Shown: one piece after another, positions 6,268-14,613 of the stretch
How the letters are laid out: each line of letters begins with the position of its first letter
How positions within the stretch are numbered: position 1 is the first letter of the stretch
DNA from: a virus
Taxonomy: Duplodnaviria; Caudoviricetes
Reading direction: 5' to 3' (one strand)
Virus record (IMG/VR): IMGVR_UViG_3300020570_000016
Location: 1 to 40,118 of that record
DNA: 40,118 nt
Notes under the pieces: model-generated
Seen by the model: the letters and a program-made list of their open reading frames with translations, nothing else
What the model was told of the DNA's origin: nothing
Database searches by the model: none
Made by a program: the position numbers and the translations under genes

Positions 6268-8438
6268 TGGCCGATTACACGGGAATCACCGCCGCAGCAG
6301 CCGTCGCCAACGGCGGCGGGGGCAAGAACAAGTCCGAATCGGACGTTTTGGCCACCGCCCGCACCCGGCTGAATCAGGCGATTTCGGCCTACAGCGAGAG
6401 CCGGGAAGACGAGATTGACGACCTCAAGTTCTTCGCCGGCAGTCCGGACAACCACTGGCAATGGCCAGCAGACGTTTTGGCCACCCGCGGCGCGGTGCAG
6501 GGGCAGACGATCAACGCCAGGCCGTGCCTGACGATCAACAAGCTGCCGCAGCACGTCCGGCAGGTCACCAACGACCAGCGGCAGAACCGCCCCAGCGGCA
6601 AGGTGATTCCGGCCGACGACAAGGCCGACATTGAGGTCGCGGAGATCTTTGACGGCGTGGTGCGGCACATTGAGTACATCTCTGACGCCGATGTCGCCTA
6701 CGACACGGCCTGCGAGAACCAGGTGTCGTTCGGTGAGGGCTACATCCGCATCCTGACCGAGTACTGCGACGACAACACCTTCGATCAGGACATCAAGATC
6801 GGGCGGGTGCGCAACTCGTTCTCGGTCTACATGGACCCGATGATCCAAGACCCCTGCGGGGCTGACGCCAAGTGGTGCTTCATCACTGAGGACATCACCC
6901 GCGAGGAGTACCACCGGCTGTATCCCAAGGCGTCACCCGCCAACACGCTGATGAGTCTGGGTGTGGGCGACCAGTCCCTGAGCCAGTGGATCAACGACGA
7001 CACGATCCGCATCGCTGAGTACTTCTACGTCGATTACGACACCGCCACGCTGAACCTGTATCCGGGCAACCAGACGGCGTTTGCCGGGTCGTTTGAGGAC
7101 AAGGAACTCAAGGCGATGTTCGGCAAGCCGATCCGCTCGCGCCAGGCCGACCGCAAGAAGATCAAGTGGTGCAAGATCAACGGCTACGAGATCCTTGAGG
7201 AGCAGGAGTGGGCCGGCAAGTACATCCCCGTGGTGCGGGTGGTCGGCAACGAGTACGAGGTTGATGGCCGGGTGTACGTCTCGGGCTTGGTGCGCAACGC
7301 CAAGGACGCCCAGCGGATGTACAACTACTGGACCAGCCAAGAAGCAGAGATGCTGGCGCTGGCTCCGAAGGCACCGTTCATCGGCTACGGCGGGCAGTTT
7401 GAAGGGTACGAGATGCAGTGGAAGACTGCAAACACCCAGAACTGGCCGTATTTGGAGGTCAACCCTGACGTGACGGACGGCGCGGGCAACACGCTGCCGC
7501 TGCCGCAGCGCGCCATGCCGCCAATGGCCCAGACGGGCCTGATTCAGGCCAAGATGGGGGCCGCAGAGGACATCAAGGGCACCACGGGGCAGTACAACGC
7601 CTCGCTGGGGCTGGAAGGCAACGAACGCTCAGGCAAAGCCATCCTGGCCCGCCAGCGTGAAGGCGACACAGGGACGTACCACTATGTTGATAATCTGGCT
7701 CGGGCTGTGCGTCATGTTACTCGCCAACTGGTGGATCTGATCCCCAAGATCTACGACACGGAACGCATCGCTCGCATCATTGGCGAGGATGGCGAGTCCA
7801 GCATGGTCAAGATGAGCCCCATGCAGCCTGAGCCGGTGCGCAAGATCGTCAACCAGCAGGGCATCGTGATCGACAAGATCTACAACCCCAGCGTCGGCAA
7901 ATACGACGTGGTGGTGGTGACGGGACCGGGCTACGCGACCAAGCGTCAAGAGGCGCTGGAGGCGATGGCTCAACTGCTGCAGACCAACCCGCAACTGTGG
8001 GCAGTGGCCGGCGACCTGTTTGTGAAGAACATGGACTGGCCTGGCGCGCAGGAGCTTGCCAAGCGGTTTGAGAAGACCATCGACCCGCAGATCATGAGCG
8101 ACGCGGACGAAAACCCGGCGCTGCAAGCCGCCAATCAGCAGATGCAGGCGATGTCCGCTCAGATGGAGCAGATGGCTGGCATGCTGCAGCGCGTCAATCA
8201 GTCGATGGAGGCCCAGAAGCTGGAGATCGACAAGTTCAAGGCTGAGACGGACGCCGAGGTCAAGGCGTACGAAGCCGAGACGCGGCGACTGCAGGCAATG
8301 GCCGCGGGCATGCAGCCTGAACAAGTGCAGGAGGTCGTCATGCAGACGCTGCGCGACGTCATGACGGTCGGCGACATGGTGGTCAACCAGCGCGCGGCTG
8401 AGATGCCGATGGGCGAGCCGATGGGGGTGCCGGTATGA
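6267..8438 (+). CDS. P22-like portal protein
   Basis: 723 aa directly after terL (TAATG coupling); RPCLTINKL, GLVRNAKDAQRMYNYW, SGKAILARQ, GKYDV; Gln-rich coiled-coil C-terminus. Confidence 0.92.
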   Translation: MADYTGITAAAAVANGGGGKNKSESDVLATARTRLNQAISAYSESREDEIDDLKFFAGSPDNHWQWPADVLATRGAVQGQTINARPCLTINKLPQHVRQVTNDQRQNRPSGKVIPADDKADIEVAEIFDGVVRHIEYISDADVAYDTACENQVSFGEGYIRILTEYCDDNTFDQDIKIGRVRNSFSVYMDPMIQDPCGADAKWCFITEDITREEYHRLYPKASPANTLMSLGVGDQSLSQWINDDTIRIAEYFYVDYDTATLNLYPGNQTAFAGSFEDKELKAMFGKPIRSRQADRKKIKWCKINGYEILEEQEWAGKYIPVVRVVGNEYEVDGRVYVSGLVRNAKDAQRMYNYWTSQEAEMLALAPKAPFIGYGGQFEGYEMQWKTANTQNWPYLEVNPDVTDGAGNTLPLPQRAMPPMAQTGLIQAKMGAAEDIKGTTGQYNASLGLEGNERSGKAILARQREGDTGTYHYVDNLARAVRHVTRQLVDLIPKIYDTERIARIIGEDGESSMVKMSPMQPEPVRKIVNQQGIVIDKIYNPSVGKYDVVVVTGPGYATKRQEALEAMAQLLQTNPQLWAVAGDLFVKNMDWPGAQELAKRFEKTIDPQIMSDADENPALQAANQQMQAMSAQMEQMAGMLQRVNQSMEAQKLEIDKFKAETDAEVKAYEAETRRLQAMAAGMQPEQVQEVVMQTLRDVMTVGDMVVNQRAAEMPMGEPMGVPV

Positions 8439-8797
8439 GTTGCGCGGATTTCGTTGGCACGCTGTTTCTGGCCCGCGATGTGGCCCATTCGGTCCATCTG
8501 AACACCAGGTCGTTTTCCAAGCATTCGGCGCTCAACGAGTTCTACGACAACATCTTGGACTTGACGGACAAGTTTGCCGAGGCGTATCAAGGCCGACATG
8601 GGCTGATCGGCCCGATCACCTTGATGAGCGCCAAGAAAACGGGCAACATCTTGGAGTTCCTTGAGGACTCCCTGTCCGAGGTCGAAAAGATGCGCTACGA
8701 CGTGTGCAAGAAGGACGACACGCCGCTGCAGAACATCATTGACGAGATCGTCGGACAGTACCTGTCCTCAATCTACAAACTCAAGTTTTTGGCGTAA
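8435..8797 (+). CDS. ferritin/Dps-like four-helix protein (DUF5856-like)
   Basis: AHSVHLNT..FSKH.AL.EFYD...DLTDKFAEAYQG resembles the Dps ferroxidase-site pattern (H...H..F.E.Y....D..AE). Confidence 0.75.
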   Translation: MSCADFVGTLFLARDVAHSVHLNTRSFSKHSALNEFYDNILDLTDKFAEAYQGRHGLIGPITLMSAKKTGNILEFLEDSLSEVEKMRYDVCKKDDTPLQNIIDEIVGQYLSSIYKLKFLA

Positions 8798-8806
8798 GGA
8801 AACACC

Positions 8807-9247
8807 ATGTCCATGACCAACGCCGCCGAGGCGGCACTCCTCGACCTTTTGTTTCTCAACACCGATTGGGCGAACATTGGGGACGCTGCCGGCCTGCAGA
8901 ACTCGGCCACGGCAGGTTCGTTTTACATCTCGCTGCACAGCGCAGACCCTGGAGAGGCGGGCAACCAGAGCACCAACGAGATCAGCTACACCGGCTACGC
9001 CCGCGTGGGTGTGGCCCGCACCGCAGGCGGCTGGACGCGGACAACCTCCACCATCGCCAACACCGCCCTCGTGCAGTTCGGCCAGTGCACGGGCGGCAGC
9101 GCCACGGCCACGCACTTCGGCATCGGCACGGACTCCACGGGCACCGGCAACCTGCTGCTGAAGGGCGCGCTCAACGCCAGCCTGTCCATCAGCAACGGCA
9201 TCCAGCCGCAGTTTGCTGCTGGTGCCATGACCGCCACGGTGGACTGA
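8807..9247 (+). CDS. virion structural protein, putative fibre-associated (146 aa)
   Basis: YISLHSADPGEAG...NEISYTGYARV motif typical of phage fibre/structural proteins; AGGA SD. Confidence 0.7.
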   Translation: MSMTNAAEAALLDLLFLNTDWANIGDAAGLQNSATAGSFYISLHSADPGEAGNQSTNEISYTGYARVGVARTAGGWTRTTSTIANTALVQFGQCTGGSATATHFGIGTDSTGTGNLLLKGALNASLSISNGIQPQFAAGAMTATVD

Positions 9248-9248
9248 T

Positions 9249-9395
9249 GTGGTGTACCGCTGCGCCCACTGCCGTGAGCTGCTGACGCTGACAGACACCG
9301 AGTTGTCTCAGTGCTCAGAGCATCCTGACGGGGGCGTGGAATGGTCACCCGACGAGGTGGAGTGGATACCGCTGGAGGACCCTGATGCCGTTTAG
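9249..9395 (+). CDS. small zinc-ribbon-like protein (48 aa, CAHC...CSEH)
   Basis: Manually translated VVYRCAHCRELLTLTDTELSQCSEHPDGG...; fills the gap. Confidence 0.55.
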   Translation: MVYRCAHCRELLTLTDTELSQCSEHPDGGVEWSPDEVEWIPLEDPDAV

Positions 9396-10251
9396 GTCCG
9401 TTGCCGAGGTGGCTAATGCTGTTGAGCAAGGGCGGCATCACACTCAGCATTTTTTCCGCACTGGCGTGCCGGGTAGTTTTGGTGTCGTCAACATATTCGG
9501 GGACGCCTCCATTGGCAGTTCAGGCCCGCCCGTCTATAACCCATATCTTGGCAACGCGCTGGAGGCCACGCAACTCATCGGCCAGCGCAATCAAGGCATT
9601 TACACCGGGCCGACGCTGCCTGCGCAAGAGCGGTATCTGCTGTCTGTGTCCTTGACGCAAGCCGGAACGTCCGGGTTTTTCCCTGCGGTCTATTTCCTCG
9701 ACTACTTGATGTTCTACCCGTACATCGACTGCGACAGCTTGGATGAGCAAGTTTTCGACAACCCGGTGTCGTTGCCACGTTACACGGATGGCGAAGGCGT
9801 GCGCATGGCTTTCTTCAGCCAAACGCCGGGCAGTGGGGCTGGCAACTCAATAACGGTGAACTACACCAACCAAGACGGTGTCGCCAAAACCACTGTTTCT
9901 CAGATTCGCGTCTCGGGCACTATCGGTGTGAGCGGCTCAGGCCACCCTGGCGGTACGAATGCTATGAGCCCGTTTGTACCGCTGGCGAATGGTGACCGGG
10001 GCGTGCGGTCTGTGCAGTCAGTTCAACTCGCGGGAGGTATAGGCGCTTTCGCCGTGCTGGTGCTGGTCAAGCCACTCTTCAACCTAGCACTGAACGAGCT
10101 TTCTTCTACGGTTGAAAAAAACTTCTTGCGTGAACAGGCTGCGTTGCCACGCATCTACGAAGGCGCGTACCTCAACTACATTTACAACCTGTCCACCAAC
10201 ACCGGCGCTTTGGGGCCGATCATCGGGCAAGCGCAATTCATCTGGACCTAA
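9385..10251 (+). CDS. hypothetical beta-rich protein, paralog A
   Basis: GGAGG SD; shares motifs with 10261..11139. Confidence 0.85.
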   Translation: MPFRSVAEVANAVEQGRHHTQHFFRTGVPGSFGVVNIFGDASIGSSGPPVYNPYLGNALEATQLIGQRNQGIYTGPTLPAQERYLLSVSLTQAGTSGFFPAVYFLDYLMFYPYIDCDSLDEQVFDNPVSLPRYTDGEGVRMAFFSQTPGSGAGNSITVNYTNQDGVAKTTVSQIRVSGTIGVSGSGHPGGTNAMSPFVPLANGDRGVRSVQSVQLAGGIGAFAVLVLVKPLFNLALNELSSTVEKNFLREQAALPRIYEGAYLNYIYNLSTNTGALGPIIGQAQFIWT

Positions 10252-10260
10252 GGAATCACC

Positions 10261-11139
10261 ATGCCATTTTCCTCAATGGACGATCTGGTCAACGAAATCA
10301 CGAGCGGCAAGTTCAACCGTTCTGACTGGAACAAGATTACGGGCGGCACTGCTTACACCGCCGCCCGTTGGTATGACTTCAGCGGACTGGCCGGTACTCC
10401 CGTAGCAAATGCCTTTGCGGGCACTGCACTGGCCTGGAGAACCTGCGACGAATTGACTGGCAACGGCACGCAAATCTTCGGCTTGCCGCATGGCGGCAAC
10501 GTCAGTCCAGATACCAAGCACGTTTTGAACGTCAATGCACTCACTGGCGTTGCCACGGGTGTCCCGGCGCAGTTGATGCTGGTGGACTTGCAGGGCTACT
10601 GGCCCGGTATCACGAACAACTCGGCCACGGCACAAACCCTCACGGGCACGCCCAGCCTGCGCTACGCCAACGGGGCCGGGTGCAGGTTGTTCTGGGTGCA
10701 GACCGCCGCAGCGGGTGCCACGGCCCAGAACATCGCGCTCAGCTACAGCAACACGGTGCCAACAGCAGGCAGGACGCTTCCGGTCACAGTTGCCATGACG
10801 GCCTCGGCCATCGTGGGCCACATTTCGCACTCCGGTGCTGCGTCAAACAACTACGGCCCCTTCCTGCCTTTGGCCTCGGGAGACACGGGCGTGTCCACCG
10901 TCGCAACGGTCACGTTCTCTGCCGCCAACACCGGCACCGGAGCGCTGTGCCTTGCCCGCCCGTTGTTGACGCTGCCACTGACTACCGCGTCCGTCGCTGC
11001 CGAGCGGGATCTGCTGAACCAACTGCCAAGCCTTCCTCGGGTGATGGACGGCGCGTGTCTGGTGTGGCTCTACTTCGCGGGCACGGCTACGGCGGCGGCC
11101 ACCAACTTCTACGGCGCGGTCGAGGTCGGCTGGGGCTGA
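10261..11139 (+). CDS. hypothetical beta-rich protein, paralog B
   Basis: AAGGA SD; PFLPLASGDTGV and LPRVMDGACL match PFVPLANGDRGV and LPRIYEGAYL of paralog A. Confidence 0.85.
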   Translation: MPFSSMDDLVNEITSGKFNRSDWNKITGGTAYTAARWYDFSGLAGTPVANAFAGTALAWRTCDELTGNGTQIFGLPHGGNVSPDTKHVLNVNALTGVATGVPAQLMLVDLQGYWPGITNNSATAQTLTGTPSLRYANGAGCRLFWVQTAAAGATAQNIALSYSNTVPTAGRTLPVTVAMTASAIVGHISHSGAASNNYGPFLPLASGDTGVSTVATVTFSAANTGTGALCLARPLLTLPLTTASVAAERDLLNQLPSLPRVMDGACLVWLYFAGTATAAATNFYGAVEVGWG

Positions 11140-11147
11140 TCGGGCTC

Positions 11148-11921
11148 ATGGCTCTCAAGACAAACACCACGCTCCTGGCGCAGCTTCCGTTGCGCCAGAT
11201 CGGCGGCTCGCCTGGAACTTTCCGTTCCATGTGGAGGCGTGGTGACCGGATGAACCAGTCCGTAGGCCAGGGCATTCCGTCCAAGCTGGCAGGCATCCCC
11301 AGCGGGCACTTGGCTCCATCGTCGTGGGTGCTGCCGTACAAGCCGGGGGCGATGTCGTCGTTCACCAATCTGGTGGTGACGGTCACGCCGGGTGCGCTGA
11401 ACCTCGCGGCGGGCGTCAACATCAGCGGCGATGCGGCGGTCACGATCACCGTCAACCCGGCCGATGGCCAGCTCATCGTCTCGGCGGCCGGCAACGCTTC
11501 CATCACGTTCGACCTGGCCGCCAACCTGGCCGGCGCCCTGTCCGCATCTGGCAGTACGTCCTTCTCGTTTACGGTTGACAACGCCACGCTGGGCGCCATC
11601 GTTGATGCTATCGGCGCTGCGCTGGTCCAGTTCTCAAACAGTGCGACAATCAGGGCCACGGGCAACCTGTCGGGCGACATCACACCCTTCACAGAACTCA
11701 GTCCGCAAAACTTGGCTGCTGCGGTCTGGGCGCAAGTCATCGACGGAACATACGCGGCCAACGACTTGCTGAAGTTGATCGCGGCCTCCGCTGCGGGCGA
11801 ACTGGCCGGCTCGCCTGGCGGGCCGATTTTGATCAAGAGCGTGAACGGCACTACAGTACGGATCACGGCCACAGTAGACGCCAACGGCAACCGCACGGGC
11901 GTGACCTACGATGTTTCCTAA
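11148..11921 (+). CDS. Ala/Gly/Thr-rich structural (fibre-like) protein, 257 aa
   Basis: ATG at 11148; C-terminal LAAAVW...RITATVDANGNRTGV motif. Confidence 0.75.
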   Translation: MALKTNTTLLAQLPLRQIGGSPGTFRSMWRRGDRMNQSVGQGIPSKLAGIPSGHLAPSSWVLPYKPGAMSSFTNLVVTVTPGALNLAAGVNISGDAAVTITVNPADGQLIVSAAGNASITFDLAANLAGALSASGSTSFSFTVDNATLGAIVDAIGAALVQFSNSATIRATGNLSGDITPFTELSPQNLAAAVWAQVIDGTYAANDLLKLIAASAAGELAGSPGGPILIKSVNGTTVRITATVDANGNRTGVTYDVS

Positions 11922-12051
11922 GACGTACTTCGCAGCAGCGTTCTTCTCGGGGTACTTCTTTCCCCCGGTTGATGGCGGGCCTACGCCTCCAGAAACTGCG
12001 GTCCAACTAGATATAAAATTGCGGTCGTTTACCGAGCGCGGGAAATTCTAA
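11911..12051 (+). CDS. small protein (46 aa, MFPKTYFAAAFFSGYFFP...IKLRSFTERGKF)
   Basis: Manually translated; overlaps the upstream stop and abuts the next start. Confidence 0.55.
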   Translation: MFPKTYFAAAFFSGYFFPPVDGGPTPPETAVQLDIKLRSFTERGKF

Positions 12052-12357
12052 GTGGCCATCAACCTCAAAGCCATCACGTCGTGTATCGGCTATGAGCAGA
12101 TCACGTCACTATCGACGGCGACAGCACTGAACGCGCCGTCTACGGATGCCAATGGGCTGAATTGCCGCCCGTCGTTTGCGCTGATCAGTTGTGAAGCCGC
12201 CGCGGTGCGGTGGCGTGATGATGGCGTCGCCCCCACGGCCTCGGTGGGCATGCCGCTGGCTGCGGGGGTGACCTTGCAGTACGACGGCGACATCTCCCGC
12301 GTTCGGTTCATCCAGCAGACGCCTGGCGCCAAGCTGAACATTTCGTACTACGCCTGA
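12052..12357 (+). CDS. small beta-sandwich virion protein (101 aa)
   Basis: VRWRDDGVAPTASVGMPL motif; operon context. Confidence 0.75.
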   Translation: MAINLKAITSCIGYEQITSLSTATALNAPSTDANGLNCRPSFALISCEAAAVRWRDDGVAPTASVGMPLAAGVTLQYDGDISRVRFIQQTPGAKLNISYYA

Positions 12358-12361
12358 CATC

Positions 12362-12484
12362 ATGTACATCTACAACGATCTGCCAGACAACCTGTCTTGG
12401 CCGCTGCACAAGAAGCTCGCGCACAAAATCGCTGGGTGGTACAGGCGTTTTGTGGTACAAGTCAAACTGAAATTCCTCGCGTAA
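12362..12484 (+). CDS. 40-aa ORF ending in KLKFLA*, a duplicate of the DUF5856-like C-terminus
   Basis: MYIYNDLPDNLSWPLHKKLAHKIAGWYRRFVVQVKLKFLA*; may be a chimeric junction remnant. Confidence 0.4.
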   Translation: MYIYNDLPDNLSWPLHKKLAHKIAGWYRRFVVQVKLKFLA

Positions 12485-12493
12485 GGACGCATC

Positions 12494-12796
12494 ATGGAAC
12501 TGCTCAAACCCCTGTCCGACTCATCGTTTGCCGCGCAGACTGTGGCCTTTACTGGTACGGCTGGCAGCACGACTGGGTGGCCCGCAGGCCCTCAAGGCGT
12601 GGTGGTGTGGTGTACGTCGGCGGCGTACATCCGTGTGGGGGAGGGCGTGACTGCTACGACGTCCGACACCCCAATTCCCGCCAACACGCCCATTCCGTTT
12701 GCTGTTCCTAACGGCACGGGAGCGCCTTGGCGCGTGAGCGCCATTCAAATCTCTTCTGGTGGTAGCGTATACGCAAAGCCCATCAACATCCAGTGA
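12494..12796 (+). CDS. small virion protein (100 aa)
   Basis: AAGGA SD; beta-rich. Confidence 0.8.
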   Translation: MELLKPLSDSSFAAQTVAFTGTAGSTTGWPAGPQGVVVWCTSAAYIRVGEGVTATTSDTPIPANTPIPFAVPNGTGAPWRVSAIQISSGGSVYAKPINIQ

Positions 12797-12802
12797 GTTG
12801 AC

Positions 12803-14179
12803 ATGCCCTATTTCGGCATTCCCATTCGCAACGGCTTGCCCATTGGGCTGGGGTCGGTAGCCGGGTTCGGCGTCCAGCAGTTCTCGCCTGCCGACCTGTT
12901 TTCTGCCGGCGAACAAGGCGCGTGGTATGACCCGAGCGACCTGAGCACGCTGTTTCAGGATTCGGCTGGAGGGACGCCGGTGACGGCGGTGGAGCAACCT
13001 GTTGGGCGGATGCTGGATAAATCGGGGCGAGGGAATCACGCGACGCAATCCACCTCCACCTCCCGCCCTGTGCTGCGGGCGCGGTATAACCTGCTGACGT
13101 ATTCGGAGCAGTTTGATAATGCGGCGTGGACAAAGGCAGCTGGTGTTTCTGTTAGCGCAAATACAGATGTTGCACCTGACGGCACACTTACTGCGGATAC
13201 GGTTACATCTGGTGCTAATGAACTCACACAAGGCGTGACTTGTGTAACAAACACAGTTTACACAGACAATTTATATTTCAAGAAAACATCTGGCGCAGCA
13301 TACCAGCCCGGACTGTACTTGCTGTTTACTGGTGGAACGACCGTAATTTATGCCGTGCGCTTAAATACTGACACGGGCGTTGCTACTGCGGTATCGGCTG
13401 GCGGGTTTACGGCCCCATCTAGCTTTAATGTTCAAGATGTCAACGGGTACTGGCGTCTGTCAATTTCTGGAAATTCCAGCAACAACACCACGGCGTCCTT
13501 GCGTTTGTATACAAATTTGAACGCTGGCGGCGGGGGTGGGGCTGGTTCTCAAATTATCTGGGGCGCTCAACTCATCGTCACCAACAGCCTGACGAGCAAC
13601 GCCTACCAGCGCATCGCCGCTGCGACGGACTACGACACCTCGGGCTTCCTGCCGTATCTGGCGTTTGACGGCACCGATGACTCGCTGCTGACCAACAGCG
13701 TAGACTTCACCGCGACGGACAAGATGACAGTCTGGGCGGGGCTGCGGAAGCTGAGCGCAAGCACTGGCATTTTCACTGAGTTGAGCGCAGATAACGCGGC
13801 CAACAATGGATCATTCCTGATTGGGACCGACAGCGGAGGTATTGAATACTTCTTCAACAGTCGAGGGACCACAAATCAGCAAGTCAATGCAAACAACGCC
13901 GCATACACATCCCCGGTCACCAACGTGTTGCAAATGTCTGGCAACATTTCTGGGCCTTCAGTCAGCGCTCGGATAAACGCCGTTGACATCAGTACCAACA
14001 CAGGATCGCAAGGCACCGGCAACTTCGGCAACTACCCGCTCTACATCGGTCGCCGCAACAACGCCACATTCCCATTCAACGGCAACCTCTACAGCCTCAT
14101 CATCCGAGGCGCACAATCCACTGCCGCGCAGATCAGCAGCACTGAAACTTGGGTCAACGGTAAGACGGGGGCGTACTGA
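12803..14179 (+). CDS. spike/fibre protein with lectin (LamG/ConA-like) and carbohydrate-binding-like domains (tentative)
   Basis: WYDPSDLSTLFQD, DKSGRGNHATQ, NLLTYSEQF, YLAFDGTDD, LYIGRR motifs. Confidence 0.7.
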   Translation: MPYFGIPIRNGLPIGLGSVAGFGVQQFSPADLFSAGEQGAWYDPSDLSTLFQDSAGGTPVTAVEQPVGRMLDKSGRGNHATQSTSTSRPVLRARYNLLTYSEQFDNAAWTKAAGVSVSANTDVAPDGTLTADTVTSGANELTQGVTCVTNTVYTDNLYFKKTSGAAYQPGLYLLFTGGTTVIYAVRLNTDTGVATAVSAGGFTAPSSFNVQDVNGYWRLSISGNSSNNTTASLRLYTNLNAGGGGGAGSQIIWGAQLIVTNSLTSNAYQRIAAATDYDTSGFLPYLAFDGTDDSLLTNSVDFTATDKMTVWAGLRKLSASTGIFTELSADNAANNGSFLIGTDSGGIEYFFNSRGTTNQQVNANNAAYTSPVTNVLQMSGNISGPSVSARINAVDISTNTGSQGTGNFGNYPLYIGRRNNATFPFNGNLYSLIIRGAQSTAAQISSTETWVNGKTGAY

Positions 14180-14592
14180 TGGACATCTTCCGCACCATGA
14201 TCATCCCAGCCGCGCAGGTCGCGCTGGCCCGTGAGATTGCGGTCACGCTGGACCCGGCGCACAACGCCAACATGTGGATCACGCCTCTGTCGCCCACGGG
14301 TGCAGAGCCTGCCACACACTTCATCAGCAGCGGGCAGATTCCCGAGGCTTTTGCCAGCATGGTGCCGTGCGTGTTCTGGGCGTGGGAGAACGATGCTTGG
14401 GTGGAGACAGACGCCTATCCGGGCGACCCCATCACGGTGTACCACGCCTGCATTGCAGCGGGCATGACGGTGACGCAGGATGAGATTGACGACCTGTTTG
14501 CCGAGGCCGATGTGAGCGACCAAGAGCCCTTTGTGGCGATGGGCCGCATGGGTGTGCAATTGGTGCAAGAACCAGCAAACCCTACCCGATAA
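14179..14592 (+). CDS. hypothetical protein, possible fibre partner or chaperone
   Basis: TGATG coupling with the spike gene. Confidence 0.75.
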   Translation: MDIFRTMIIPAAQVALAREIAVTLDPAHNANMWITPLSPTGAEPATHFISSGQIPEAFASMVPCVFWAWENDAWVETDAYPGDPITVYHACIAAGMTVTQDEIDDLFAEADVSDQEPFVAMGRMGVQLVQEPANPTR

Positions 14593-14613
14593 CTTTTCGC
14601 TTGGGCGTAAATC

